From contig CAVRVM010000006.1 of assembly GCA_963724605.1 (NCBI GenBank), positions 15,454 to 79,453 of the forward strand: a stretch of DNA of 64,000 bases. The letters run 5' to 3'. The notes beneath the pieces were generated by a model. The model saw only the letters and a list, made by a program, of their open reading frames with translations. It was not told where the DNA came from and made no database searches. This DNA is from an uncultured beta proteobacterium (GTDB lineage Bacteria; Pseudomonadota; Gammaproteobacteria; Burkholderiales; Burkholderiaceae_F). Both the position numbers and the translations under genes were made by a program. Positions 1 to 13,445 of the stretch are shown in pieces; position 1 is the stretch's first letter; the number at the start of each line of letters is the position of its first letter.

Positions 1-32
1 CCTGCAGGCGGCCCTTTTCTTGCTCGGAAGCA

Positions 33-632
33 TTGCACGAACCTGCAGTCTTCTGGCGTGGCGCGCCTGACGCGCCGTCCTCGTCGCGGCCGGCGCCGGT
101 CGCCAGCGCCCAGGACGCTGCGGCCGGCGCCGACGAAAGCCGCCGTGTGCGTCGCCTGCCATGGCCCGGACGGGCAACTCGACGCAGGGCCAGTATCCGA
201 TCCTCGCCGGCCAGACCTCGCGCTACATGTACCTGCAGCTGCAAGCGACTTCCAGGAAGGCCGGCGCAGCGACCCGCAGATGACGCCGATGGCGAAGGAC
301 CTGACGCGCGACGACATGCGCGACCTGGCCGCTACTTTGCCGCGCAGAAGCCGGCGGCGCAGACCTTCAAGCCCGATCCGGCGGAAGGCGGCGCTCGGGC
401 AAGGCCAAGGCCGACGAGACGCTGTGCACGATGTGCCACCTCGGCGGCTTCGCCGGGCAGAACGAAATCCCGCGCGTCGCCGGCCAGCACTACGACTACA
501 TCGTCAAGCAGCTGAAGGACTTCAAGGCGCGACAAGCGCACCAACGACGCCGGCAACATGGCCAGTGTCGCCAAACCCTGAGCGACGAGGACATCGAGAA
601 CCTCGCGCCACTACCTCGCCGGGCTGTACTGA
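33..632 (+). pseudogene. di-haem cytochrome c (c4-like), frame broken several times
   Basis: There are two CxxCH haem motifs: 'AAVCVACHGPDG' (frame of ORF 58..849) and 'LCTMCHLGGFAGQNEIPRVAGQHYDYIVKQLKDFK' (frame of ORF 431..925). The linking 'DDMRDLAAYFAAQKP' lies in a third frame (ORF 33..515). The stop is TGA at 630-632. The 5' end is uncertain. Confidence 0.6.
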
Positions 633-640
633 TCCGGGCA

Positions 641-925
641 ATGCGGGCGTTTATTGTCGGCACGATCCGCGTCACCGACCCCGCGGCGTGGCAGAAGTAT
701 GTCGAGCGGGTCGGCGCAACCTTTGCGCCGCACGGCGGGCACGTGCTGCTCAGAGGCGCCAAGGTCCGTGGACTTGCCGGCGAGTCGCATGGGGAGCGGG
801 TGGTCGTCGCCGAGTTTGCAGATCTGGATGCCCTGCAGCGCTGGCATGACTCGCCGGACTACCAGTCACTGATTGCCCTGCGCGACGCGGGCGCCGAAGT
901 CGTACTCACGGCCTACCAAACCTAG
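641..925 (+). CDS. DUF1330 domain protein
   Basis: An ATG at 641 inside ORF 431..925 begins 'MRAFIVGTIRVTDPAAWQKYVERVGATFAPHGG...VVAEFADLDALQRWHDSPDYQSL'. This is the typical ~95 aa DUF1330 pattern. Confidence 0.7.
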   Translation: MRAFIVGTIRVTDPAAWQKYVERVGATFAPHGGHVLLRGAKVRGLAGESHGERVVVAEFADLDALQRWHDSPDYQSLIALRDAGAEVVLTAYQT

Positions 926-1007
926 ACCATCGTCGCGCAGGAATAGTCCCCGCGCTGAGATGTGCACGTCGTAGAGTCGTGCCACATCGACCACTGGATC
1001 ATGACTC

Positions 1008-1418
1008 ATGCTTGTTACCGTGACTCGCATCGCCATCCTCCCCGGGTTGGTTGTCGTGTTCGCGGCCGGGTGCAGCAGGAAGGAACAGCCGCCGACGCCG
1101 GCGCCCGCCGGCAAGACGCAGCCGCCGGCCGTCATTCCGGCGCCAGCGAAACTGCCCCCGTCGTTCTTCCGCGATCACTACGCAAAGCTCGAGGACTGCG
1201 TCTACGACTGGGGATACGCGCAGAAGTGCGTACCGGTGCCGCCGGATTCGGCGGCGCGCCAGGCGGGCGCAAATTTCTTCGGCCCGACTTATGCGCGGAT
1301 GTATCGCGAGGAGACACAGGTGCAGCTGCGCAGGGAGGCCATCAGTGGCGGATACGCACAGAATGTCGCCGAGGATGCCAGCGACAAGTCGATCGCCAAG
1401 TCTGAAGTGAAGCCCTGA
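1008..1418 (+). CDS. hypothetical lipoprotein
   Basis: ORF 1008..1418 has an N-terminal signal with lipobox 'VVVFAAGC' followed by a Pro/Ala-rich linker. I recognise no family. Confidence 0.5.
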   Translation: MLVTVTRIAILPGLVVVFAAGCSRKEQPPTPAPAGKTQPPAVIPAPAKLPPSFFRDHYAKLEDCVYDWGYAQKCVPVPPDSAARQAGANFFGPTYARMYREETQVQLRREAISGGYAQNVAEDASDKSIAKSEVKP

Positions 1419-1466
1419 GCTCTTCGATCGGGTACGGGCGGCGCCAGCGGTGACTTGCGCGCTCGC

Positions 1467-2485
1467 TCAGGGCACGCACCCCGCCGAAACGCCTGCGCGC
1501 CGGGCCAGCGCCACCGGCGTCGGTACTCTGTATCCGTACTTGGTCGCGGTCATCTCGGCGAGGATCGACACCGCGATCTCCGGCGGCGTGCGAGCGCCAT
1601 TCTTCAGCCCGACCGGCCCGTGCAGCCGCTCGAGCTGTTCGTCGCTGACACCGAACTCCTGCAGTCGCTCCTTGCGCTTGGCCTGGTTCTTCTGCGAGCC
1701 GATGGCGCCGACGTAGAACGCGTCGGACTTCAGGGCTTCCATCAGCGCGAGGTCGTCAAGCTTCGGATCGTGGGTCAACGCGACGATCGCCGTGTGCTTG
1801 TCGGGACGGAACTCGACACCGTGTCGTCGGGCATCGTGCGTACCAGCTGGGTGCCGGGCACGAGCCAACCATCGGCGTACTCCTCGCGCGGGATCGCAGA
1901 TCGTGACCGCGTAGTCGAGCGCCAGCGCCATCTGGGCGACGTAGTGCGTCAGTTGCCCGGCGCCGATCACCAGCAGCCGCCAGCGCGGGCCGAACGCCGT
2001 GATCAGACGAGCGTCGTTGCAGTCGAGCACATCGGTGCCGTCGCCCTCGGCGAGCGTCACGACGCCGGTGCCCAGGTCCAGTGTGCGCACCGTGTGCCGG
2101 CCGGCCGCGACGCGCTCCAGCAGCTGATCGATCTGAGCGCCGGAGCCCAGCGGTTCCAGCACCAGTTCGATCGTGCCGCCGCACGGCAGGCCGAACTTGA
2201 AGGCCTCGTCCGCGGTGACGCCGTATTTGACCCGCTGCGGTCGCGCTGCGCCGCAGCCGCCTGCGTTCGAACCCGGTCGACCAGATCGTCCTCGATGCAG
2301 CCGCCCGACACCGAACCGACGACCAGGCCGTCGTCGCGAATGATGACGAGCGACCCCACCGGCCGCGGGGCCGAGCCCCAGGTGCGCACGACGGTGCCCA
2401 TGACGGCCCGGTGGCCGCCTTTCAGCCATTCGTCTGCCTTCCTGAGGACCTGCAGGTCGACACTGTCCATGTGCATTTCCGGCAC
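1467..2485 (-). pseudogene. XdhC/CoxI-family molybdoenzyme maturation protein (frameshifted)
   Basis: The N-terminus 'DLQVLRKADEWLKGGHRAVMGTVVRTWGSAPRPVGSLVIIRDDGLVVGSVSGGCIEDDL' is in ORF 2057..2485. The rest, 'FGLPCGGTIELVLEPL...WRLLVIGAGQLTHYVAQMA...HDPKLDDLALMEALKSDAFYVGAIGS', is in ORF 1467..2429. At least two frame switches are needed. Confidence 0.75.
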
Positions 2486-2679
2486 GCGGCCGGATCCCTG
2501 CCTTGAGTTCCGCTCATTCTATTGCGCCGGGCCGGGCGCTGCTGCGTCGCGCCATCCCCCCGAAGGACGCGATGTCATGGACAGGAGGTTGCGCGCGGCT
2601 TTTCGCTGCTGCTAACTGTCCAAAGCTCGGCCGCACGCCCTCAGAAAGCCGATACAAGAATTCTTCGAAGGAGACATGG

Positions 2680-3147
2680 ATGCCTGTCCCGCTTTCACTG
2701 CGGGTCAACGGCAAGGCCGTTTCGGCCGACGTTGATCCCTCCACTTCCTCGTGACATTGCTGCGCGAGCAGCTGCGGCCTGACCGGTACGCACGTCGGCT
2801 GCGACACCGCGCAGTGCGGCGCCTGCACGGTTCACGTCGACGGCCGCGCAGTCAAGAGTTGCAACGTGCTGGCCGTCCAGATGGCCGGCGCCGAGGTCAC
2901 GACGATCGAGGGCATCACGCCGGCCGACGGCATGCACCCGATGCAGGCCGCGTTCAAGGCCTGCCACGGACTGCAGTGCGGCTTCTGCACGCCGGGCATG
3001 GTGATGAGCGCGATCGACCTGGTGCAGCACCACCCACACGCGACCGAGCGCGAGATCCGCGAAGGACTCGAAGGCAACCTGTGCCGCTGCACCGGTTACC
3101 ACAACATCGTCAAGGCCGTCGCGCAGGGCGCGGCGGCAATGAAGTAG
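2680..3147 (+). pseudogene. coxS: (2Fe-2S)-binding small subunit of a CoxSML/xanthine-dehydrogenase-family molybdoenzyme (frameshifted)
   Basis: An RBS 'aaggaga' precedes the ATG at 2680, which opens 'MPVPLSLRVNGKAV'. The C-terminal part '[17 protein letters not shown]...[16 protein letters not shown]' is in ORF 2866..3147. '[12 protein letters not shown]' is readable around 2795-2830. There are two closely spaced frame switches near 2750 and 2775. Confidence 0.85.
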
Positions 3148-3156
3148 GGGGCGACG

Positions 3157-5532
<2,376 letters not shown>

Positions 5533-5543
5533 GGAGAGCCACG

Positions 5544-6341
5544 ATGGAAACGATGCACTATCACCGCCCCGCCTCGGTGGCCGATGCGGTCAAGCTGGCC
5601 GGGCAGCACGGCGACGACAAGATCCTGGCCGGCGGCCAATCGACGTTGCCCTCGATGCGGCTCGGTCTGCTAGCGCCGACCGGCTGGATCGATCTGGCCG
5701 GCATCTCGGAATTGCAGGGTATCCGTGTCGACGGCAGCAACACCGTAGTCGTCGGTGCCATGACGACGCACGCCGCGGTCGCGGCTTCGAAGGATGTCCA
5801 GTCGCGCATTCCTGCACTGGCGAAACTCGCCGGCGGCATCGGCGACCGACAGGTGCGCAACCGCGGCACGATCGGCGGCTCGCTTGCGAACAACGACCCG
5901 GCGGCGTGCTATCCCGCCGCGGTGCTGGGGCTCGGAGCCACCGTGCTGACGGATCGCCGCAAGATCGCAGCCGACGATTTCTTCAAGGGACTCTACGAGA
6001 CTGCGCTGGCTGCGGGCGAAATCATCACTGCCGTTCAGTTCCCGGTGCCCGAAAAGGCGGCGTATGTGAAGTTCAAGCAGCCGGCCTCGCGCTTCGCGCT
6101 GGTCGGTGTGTTCGTCGCGAAGACTGCCGGGGGAGTGCGGGTCGCGGTGACCGGTGCCGGACCGTGCGTATTCCGTGTCAAGGCGCTCGAGGACAAACTC
6201 GCTGCCAAATTCGCGCCGGAGTCGTGCGACGGGGTGAGCGTGCCGGCGACGGGACTGAACACCGACCTGCATGCTTCAGCCGAGTACCGCGCGCACCTCA
6301 TCACGGTGATGGCAAAACGGGCGGTCGCGGCGGCGGGTTGA
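5544..6341 (+). CDS. coxM: FAD-binding medium subunit of the CoxSML-type enzyme
   Basis: An ATG at 5544 opens 'METMHYHRPASVADAVKL...ILAGGQSTLPSMRLGL...VRNRGTIGGSLANNDPAACYP'. It is intact and lies 11 nt after the coxL stop. Confidence 0.85.
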   Translation: METMHYHRPASVADAVKLAGQHGDDKILAGGQSTLPSMRLGLLAPTGWIDLAGISELQGIRVDGSNTVVVGAMTTHAAVAASKDVQSRIPALAKLAGGIGDRQVRNRGTIGGSLANNDPAACYPAAVLGLGATVLTDRRKIAADDFFKGLYETALAAGEIITAVQFPVPEKAAYVKFKQPASRFALVGVFVAKTAGGVRVAVTGAGPCVFRVKALEDKLAAKFAPESCDGVSVPATGLNTDLHASAEYRAHLITVMAKRAVAAAG

Positions 6342-6386
6342 ATCTGCCGGACTCCAGTTCGAAGACCAGCACGTTTGGAGGTTGCG

Positions 6387-6851
6387 ATGGCCAATGTCAC
6401 CACTCCACCGCCCGGGTACCACTCGGTGACGCCGTATCTGGCGATCCGCGACGCCGTGGCGGCAGTGGATTTCTACCGCCGTGCGTTCGGCGCCGAACTC
6501 GTCATGAAGCTCACGATGCCCGACGGCAGGTATGCGCACGCCGAGATCAAGATTGGCGATTCGCACGTCATGATGGCCGAGGAGAACCCGGACTGGGGCA
6601 ACCAGAGTCCCGCCTTGCTCGGCGGCTCGCCGGTGTCGTTCATGATCTACGTGCCCGACGCCGATGCGGCGTTTGCGCGCGCGTTGGCGGCCGGGTGCAC
6701 GCAGCTGCGGCCAGTGGAGGATCAGTTCTATGGAGACCGCACCGGCACGCTGAAGGACCCGTACGGCTACACATGGTCGCTCGGGACGCACATCGAGGAC
6801 GTCAGCGAGGCCGAAGGCCAGAAACGCATGGCGGCGATGTTCGCCAAGTAG
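6387..6851 (+). CDS. VOC/glyoxalase-family protein (PhnB-like)
   Basis: The sequence 'GYHSVTPYLAIRDAVAAVDFYRRAFGAE...AHAEIKIGDSHVMMAEE...FYGDRTGTLKDPYGYTWSLGTH' is the typical PhnB-like VOC pattern. Confidence 0.7.
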   Translation: MANVTTPPPGYHSVTPYLAIRDAVAAVDFYRRAFGAELVMKLTMPDGRYAHAEIKIGDSHVMMAEENPDWGNQSPALLGGSPVSFMIYVPDADAAFARALAAGCTQLRPVEDQFYGDRTGTLKDPYGYTWSLGTHIEDVSEAEGQKRMAAMFAK

Positions 6852-7086
6852 CCGGCATTGTGCTTCGTCCTCGACGCCCGGCGACCGCCTCGGTTGCCGC
6901 TTCGATTTGTGTTCAACTGTCACGCAATTGAGCCGGCTCTGCTGAGGCCCGCTGGGTTCACCCAACGGATCGCCGACGATCTGCGCCGCTGGGAGCTGAT
7001 CTGAAGGCGTCCCGCGCGAAGGTGTACTGATCGGCGAGCGACAATACGGGTACCAAGCAGGACCGCGCGCATTGCTCGGCGCAATC

Positions 7087-8758
7087 ATGAGTTCAACTCA
7101 CGAAGTTACCAACCAGTCGACTCCATTTGTCGGCCGGAATCTCTATACGGCCGACCCCGCGCTTCAGGAGGCCGTGGCGCGATTCGGCGCGGGCTGGGCC
7201 GAGGCCGATCTGCAATCGCTCGGTGATCGGCTGGGCAGCGCGGAAGTCGCGGATTGGGCGCGGCTCGCCAACAACTTTTCGCCGCAACTCAGGAACTTCG
7301 ACCGCAACGGCCGCCGCGTCGACGAGGTCGAGTTCCACCCCGCATGGCACGAGGTTATGCGGCTGATGATCGGCGCCGGAGTGCATGCCGATCCGTGGGC
7401 CGACCCCAAGCCGGGAGCACAGGTCGCGCGCGCCGCGAAATACTTGCTGTTTTCGCAGGTCGAAAACGGCGCGCAGTGTCCGGTCACGATGACCTATGCG
7501 GTCGTGCCGGTCATGCAGCGCTACGCGGCGGCCACGCCGGCGATCGCGCGCGACTGGTTGCCGCGCATCCTGTCACACGACTACGACCCGGCCTCACGGC
7601 CAATCGGCGAAAAGCGCGGTGCGCTGCTCGGCATGGGCATGACCGAAAAGCAGGGCGGCTCCGACGTGCGAACCAACACCACGTTCGCCGAATTTGACGG
7701 ACGGGGCGAATGGGGCGAGCGCTACCGCGTCACCGGCCACAAGTGGTTCTTTTCGGCGCCGCAGTGCGACGGCCATCTCGTTCTGGCGCAGACCGATCGT
7801 GATTCGCCGGCCGGCCTGTCGTGCTTCCTGCTGCCGCGCTGGCGCGCCGATGGCACACGCAACCACATCTTCGTGCAGCGGCTGAAGGACAAGGTCGGCA
7901 ACCGGTCGAACGCGTCGAGCGAAGTCGAGTTCGACGGCGCCGAGGCGTTCCTGGTGGGGGGAGGTCGGCCGCGGTGTGCCGACGATTCTCGAGATGGGCA
8001 CGCATACACGGCTGGATTGTGCGATCGGCTCGGCCGGCATCATGCGCGCGCTGCTGACGCACGCGCTGCATCACGCGCGCGAGCGAACGGCGTTCGGCCG
8101 CAGGCTCGCGGAGCAACCGCTGATGCGCAATGTGCTGGCGGACCTTGCCATCGAAGTGGAAGCGGCGACACTGCTCGTGCTGCGGCTGGCCCGGGCGTTC
8201 GACGGCCGTCATCATCGCGACGAACACGAGGCTCTGCTCGCGCGCGTGCTGACTCCGGCGGCGAAGTACTGGGTCTGCAAGCGCCTACCAGCCGCCGCCG
8301 CCGAGGCGATGGAGGTGATGGGAGGCAACGGCTATGTCGAGGAAGGGCCCTTTGCACGTTTCTATCGCGAAGCGCCGCTGAATTCGATCTGGGAAGGCTC
8401 GGGCAACGTCATGTGCCTCGATGTGCTGCGCGCGCTGGCGCGCGTACCCGCGGTGCGCGATGCACTGGCAGTCGAACTGCGGGCCGCGCGCGGAACGAGT
8501 CGTCACTACGACACCTTTGTCGAAACGCTGGTCGCCGACCTCGCGCGTCCGGACATCGACGAGGCGCAGGCGCGAGTGCTGACGGAGCGCATTGCGCTGG
8601 CGTTGCAGGCGGCCCTCCTGCTCAACGGCAGCCCGGCGGCCGTCGCCGACGCGTTCTGTGCATCGCGCCTTGTGCCCGGGAACTGGGGGCGGACGTTCGG
8701 CACGCTGCCCGCAGCCGTGGGGCCAGGGCCGTTGCTCGCGCGCGCACTGCCGTACTGA
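7087..8758 (+). pseudogene. aidB: AidB-like acyl-CoA dehydrogenase (one frameshift)
   Basis: It is collinear with E. coli AidB as I remember it: 'FHPAWHEVM', 'GMGMTEKQGGSDVRTNTT', 'YRVTGHKWFFSAPQCDGHLVLAQT', 'RLKDKVGNRSNASSEVEF' in ORF 7072..8823. It continues with 'AAEAMEVMGGNGYVEEGPFARFYREAPLNSIWEGSGNVMCLDVLR' in ORF 7976..8758. The frame switches near 7960. Confidence 0.8.
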
Positions 8759-8767
8759 AGAGAAAAC

Positions 8768-9137
8768 ATGTCCTTCGAGGTTGTGTTTCACCAGCGGCCC
8801 GCGCTACCTGCACGCGGTGGTGACGGGCGCGAACACGAAGGCCAACGTGACCGGCTACCTGAATGAGATCCTGCGGGAATGCACTACCCGCCGGGCCGCG
8901 CGCCTGCTGATCGAGGAGCGGCTGGAAGGCCCGCGCCTCGGGATGGTCGATGTGTTCGACATCGCGGCGGACGGCAGCGGCCGCATCGCTGGCATCTTCG
9001 AGGCAATCGCCTTTGTCGACGTCTACTCGATGGGAGGCACGATGAAGTTCGCGGAAACCGTCGCCGTCAACCGGGGCGCACCGGTCCGAATGTTCGGCTC
9101 GGTGGCCGAGGCGGAGCGGTGGCTGAGCAGCGTTTGA
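8768..9137 (+). pseudogene. hypothetical protein (start in a different frame from the body)
   Basis: The ATG at 8768 gives 'MSFEVVFHQ'. The body 'RYLHAVVTGANTKANVTGYLNEILRE...IAFVDVYSMGGTMKFAETVAVNRGAPVRMFGSVAEAERWL' is in ORF 8592..9137. I recognise no family. Confidence 0.35.
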
Positions 9138-9318
9138 TTCAGTCGCGCCGGCGAGTGAGCTTGCAGGCAATCAGTTTCAGTGGAATTTCCGTCAAAGCGA
9201 AATTCCGAGTCAAAGTTACCGAGAATCACCTATAGGCTCCCCACCAGCCTCAAGACGGCAGCCGGCCACAAACGGACATCCCCCGCGATTCCCTAAACTG
9301 CCTCAAAGCTGACGTTCG

Positions 9319-9513
9319 TTGCCGTCGACTGAGGGTCAGGAAGTGACTATCCGAAAACTGCTTGCGGACGACGCCGCGGCGTTTCAGGAACTGCGCCTTC
9401 GAGCGCTACTGGATAAGCCGGCGTCATTCACGTCGAGCCATGAGGAAGAGGTCGATCTGCGCCTCGAGCGGCTTGCTCTTGGGCATCGTGGACTCCTTCC
9501 TTCGTCACCGTAG
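9319..9513 (+). pseudogene. N-terminal remnant of a GNAT-family acetyltransferase
   Basis: 'VTIRKLLADDAAAFQELRLRALLDKPASFTSSHEEE' looks like a GNAT N-terminus. The ORF stops after ~60 aa, and it lies in a visibly less GC-rich stretch. Confidence 0.35.
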
Positions 9514-9634
9514 GGCGTCCACGAAAGCGAGTCAACTCCAAATCATCCCTGCGCGCGCGACTTACCTTCACCGTAAAGACGCATTCGAACTGGAAAACCG
9601 GGCACGGCCTGGGCTCCGGGCCGATGAACGGTGG

Positions 9635-10189
9635 TCAGCGCTTCAGCGACACCGACAGCAGCAGCCGGGCACGCTCCCAGTCGCGCCGCACGGTGCGTTC
9701 GTTCAGTTCCAGCGCGTCGGCGATCTCCTGCTCGCTGAGGCCGGCGAAGTAGCGCATCTCGACGACCTGGCGCAGGCGCGGATCGACCTTGTCGAGTTCG
9801 TCCAGCGCATCATTGATGCGGATGATGTCCTCGTCCTGGTTGCCGATCGAGCCGGCAATCTCCGTATTCAGTGTCAGATTGGCATGGCCGCCGCCACGGC
9901 GCTCCGCATTGCGCTTGCGCGCGAAGTCGACGATGACGTTGCGCAACACCTGCGAGACATAGGCCATGAAGCGACCCCGGCAGTCGAGGTCGATGCGGCC
10001 AGCGCCCTGCAGACGCAAATAGGCTTCGTGCGCCAGCGACGTCGTGTCGAGCAGCGTAAGTGGACCGTTCTCGGCAAGACGGGCGCGCGCCATCCGATGG
10101 ATGTCCGAGTACAGCAGCTCGAACAGGCTGTCGAGTGCCTCGCGATCGTTCTCCGCGATGCGGTGTAGCAGGACGGTGACGTCGCCCAT
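9635..10189 (-). CDS. ECF-type RNA polymerase sigma factor (TIGR02999-like)
   Basis: The ORF is 9635..10222, with a likely start at 'MGDVTVLL'. The region 2-like part is 'LDSLFELLYSDIHRMARARL'. The region 4 part is 'LRQVVEMRYFAGLSEQEIADALELNERTVRRDWERARLLL'. Confidence 0.85.
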   Translation of the reverse strand: MGDVTVLLHRIAENDREALDSLFELLYSDIHRMARARLAENGPLTLLDTTSLAHEAYLRLQGAGRIDLDCRGRFMAYVSQVLRNVIVDFARKRNAERRGGGHANLTLNTEIAGSIGNQDEDIIRINDALDELDKVDPRLRQVVEMRYFAGLSEQEIADALELNERTVRRDWERARLLLSVSLKR

Positions 10190-10342
10190 CGTCGTCTTCC
10201 GGTAATCGACGGCAGGCCGCATTTTGAATGCAATAGCGCGGCCTGTGTGGCCATCTGGGCGGCAGGATTGGACGATCGATGGTTGAGTGACAAGCTAGTT
10301 GAAGACGCCGAGCCGGCGCGGTTGCTTATGAGGGACGATGAT

Positions 10343-13307
10343 TCACGGCGCCGGCCGTGCCGCGAGCGCACGATGCGAGGGGAGCGCGGACTTGGCCAGC
10401 ACACGCCGCGCCTCGGCCATCATCCAGCGGCCGCGTTTGACCTCACCATTGGCGATCCAGGCCTGACCGAACCAGTATTCGACTTCGGCCGCGTAGACCC
10501 CCCGCGGCTGGGTACCGCTCAGCCAGGCTCCGTAGGCCATGCGCAGCGGCTCAAGCGCTTCCTGCGCCCGGCCGTTGGCGAGCAAGGCGCGTCCATAGGC
10601 CAGGGCCGTGTTGGGGTCGTTAGCCACCAGCCTACGGGCGCTCTTCAAGCGCTCCTGCATGGTCGCCATCGCCTCGACATTGCGCCCCCAGTCCAACTCC
10701 GCCAGTGCCTTCTCCCGCAGCGGCCGCGCCTCGCAAGCCATCAGGGCCGAGCGCTTGGTTGCGCGGCAGCGTTCGATGATCGTCTGAGCCGTGCTCACCG
10801 CTTCCGCGTAGCGCCCGTTCTGCCGCTGCGCGAAGCTCAGGCACGACCAGAAGTCATATTGACCAGGGGTCAATCTTCCGATCTGGCTGAACTCGGTGTC
10901 AAAGCTGGCCACCATCGGCGCCGCGAACTGCTCCGCCTCTTCGGTGTCACCGCGTTGGGCGAGTAGACATACCCGGCTCATCGCAAGCCCCCGCGTCAGC
11001 CTTTCGCGCAGTGCGGCGTCGGTGATCGCCTGCGCGTTCTCGACCGCACTCTGGTAGTAGCGCTCGGCCGCATTCCAGTCGCGTCGGCCCATCGCCTCAT
11101 CAAGCGCGTCTTCCGCCCGGCGCATCAAGTGGGTCGACGGCGGCCGCTCGCGGGCAGCGGCGATGGCATAAATATCCTCCTCGATCCTGACCGTCGTGGG
11201 GTCGTCTACAGCGTTGAGGCAGGCCCCGAGTGCTTCCAGCTGCCGCTCCAGTTGCACGCTGTTTTCCCCATGCGCCGCCCGCACTGCCGCGACCGCTTCC
11301 CACAGCTTCGACAGCATCTCGGCGCTGCGCCCGGATTCGCACAGGGCCGTCATGTGGCCGGTGTTTACATCCTGGTACTCGACGCTGGAAGTGACGCCAT
11401 CCGGCCGGGCCCGCGCGTGCGCCAGCGACGTTTCGATCAGACGCTCCGCGTCCGCGCGCTCTCCGAAGATAAAGGTTCGCTCCGCATATGGGAGGACGAC
11501 TTTGAGTTGTTGGCGGCTGCCGTCGCCGAAGTACCGCCTTGCCGTTTCCATGGCCTCGTTCAGAGTGTCGAAGCGCCTTGCCGGAGGCGTGAACTCAGGT
11601 ACGCCGAAGTAGTTGCTCAAGTCGGTGCGGATCAACAAGGCATCGATCAGCAATTCGGCGCCAGCGGCGCCCTTGGTCCGCAGGATCTTGATGGCGCCAT
11701 CGAGGCTCGCCGAGGCGGCTGATGAGATGATCAGCTTGTCGTCGGCGGCACGTACGCGCGCGATCAGCAGTTGCATGTCGTCGGCGGCAAGCACCGGCGC
11801 CGCCTCGTCGACGGCGCGCTGGTACACGCGCTGCGCGGCGGCGGTTTCGCCGCGATTCCGATACGCATCGCCCACCGTCACTCGCAGCTGCAGTAGCTGC
11901 TCCGGCGAGCCTTTGAACTCGGCATCGATACGCTGTTCGATGGTCGAGAGCATCGCCAGGTCGGCCGCCTTGGTCTGCTGCGAGGCATTCGGATCGGCCT
12001 GCCGGATCAGCGAGAGCACGAAGGTGTTGAGCGCCGTGGCCCGCTGCGCCTGCAACCGCGCTTCATTGCCCTGCCACAGCGCGATGCCCAGTCCGAGGCC
12101 AAGCGCGACCACGATGGCGCTGGCGGCGGCCACCGGGAGTTTGTTGCGGGTGATGAACTTACGCAGCCGGTAGGCACGACTGTCGGGCTGCGCCTTGACC
12201 GGCTGGCCGGCCAGGTAACTGTCCAGATCGTCGGCCAGTGCGGCCGCACTCTGGTAGCGCTCTGCGGGCTGGCGCTTCAGTGCCGTCAGCACGATGGCAT
12301 CCAGATCGCCCTTGAGCGCCTTGGCGCGCGCCTTGTCGGCAGTGGCCTCACTGGGCTTGCGCAGATCGCCGCGCAGGAGTTCAGCTTCCAGCGCACGCGG
12401 CTCGGAGGCCAGATACAACCGCGCGCCGCTCACCAGTTCGAACAGCATCACGCCCAGCGCATACACATCGGCGGTGACGGTGATTGGCAGTGCCAGCACC
12501 TGCTCCGGGGCAGCATAGGCAAGCGTCATCGGCCGGCCCGCCAGCCGCGTGAGTGCGGTCGCATCAGTGCTGGTGGCCTCGCCTTCGATGATCTTGGAGA
12601 TGCCGAAGTCAAGCAGCTTGGGCAAGCCGTCGGCCGTGACCAGCACGTTGGCGGGCTTCAGGTCCCGGTGGATGACAAGCTGGCCATGCGCATAGGCCAC
12701 CGCCCGCACCACCTGGATGAAGAGCCGCAGGATGCTGTCGAGGTTGCGCCCCTGGGCCATACGCATCGATCGGCACCCCGTCGACGTACTCGAGTGCCAG
12801 GTACGGCCGGCCTTCGGCACCGAGCCCGGCGTCGTAGAGGACTGCGATATGCGGGTGCTGCAGCCGCGCCAGGATGGTGCGCTCGCGCGCGATGCGTTCG
12901 GTCAATCCATGATCGACCCACTCGGCACGCGGCAGCTTGAGCGCCGCGGTGCGCTTCATCACGCCATCGGCGCGCTGTGCGACCCACACCGCCCCCATGC
13001 CGCCTTCGGCCAGCAGCCGCTCAAGCTGCCACGGACCGATCCGATCCCCCGCCTGCTCGCGCCGCATCGCCGCCAGCGCAGCAGCGGCGAGTTCAACCAC
13101 CGGCTGAAGCGTCTCGCTGGTGCCCTGAAGTCGTGTGGCGCCGGCATCGGCCAACAACTGCGCCAGCAGCGGCTTCAGGTCGCGTGACTCGGCTGGCAAA
13201 CTCGCCAGCCAGTCGGTGCGCGCCGGCTTCTCCAGCTCGAGCGCATCCGCCAGCAACCGGTTCAAACGGTGCCAGTCCTCAACCGTGAGTTCGCTTTGCG
13301 TCACCAT
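10343..13307 (-). pseudogene. Ser/Thr protein kinase with one TM segment and a long TPR-like C-terminal domain (one frameshift)
   Basis: ORF 12609..13307 ('LLAEGGMGAVWVAQ', 'ALKLPR') joins ORF 10343..12820 ('VIHRDLKPANVLV', 'LLDFGISK', 'AAPEQV'). The TM segment is 'LPVAAASAIVVALGLGLGIALW'. It is followed by ~550 aa of helical repeats. The frame switches near 12770-12820. Confidence 0.85.
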
Positions 13308-13445
13308 CGCACGCGCACACCTCCGTCTATCTCACAGTACGCATTACGAAGGGAAAAACGGACATCCTTCGAGCAGCCCACGCGTCAATTTACGTCTTGA
13401 CGAAGGTTTCGGCATCATGGATAAGGGTACGCGCGGGACCATACA

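Noticed and set aside
2265-2274. tRNA T-arm-like string GTTCGAACCC
   Set aside because: It lies inside the xdhC coding region, and no acceptor or anticodon arms can be built around it.
13308-13445. Search for an ECF-type promoter (GGAAC-like -35 / CGTC-like -10) in the kinase / TonB-receptor intergenic region
   Set aside because: I found AAC and CGTC elements, but only with a ~23-nt spacer, which is too long for typical ECF promoters. There is no convincing motif without comparative data.
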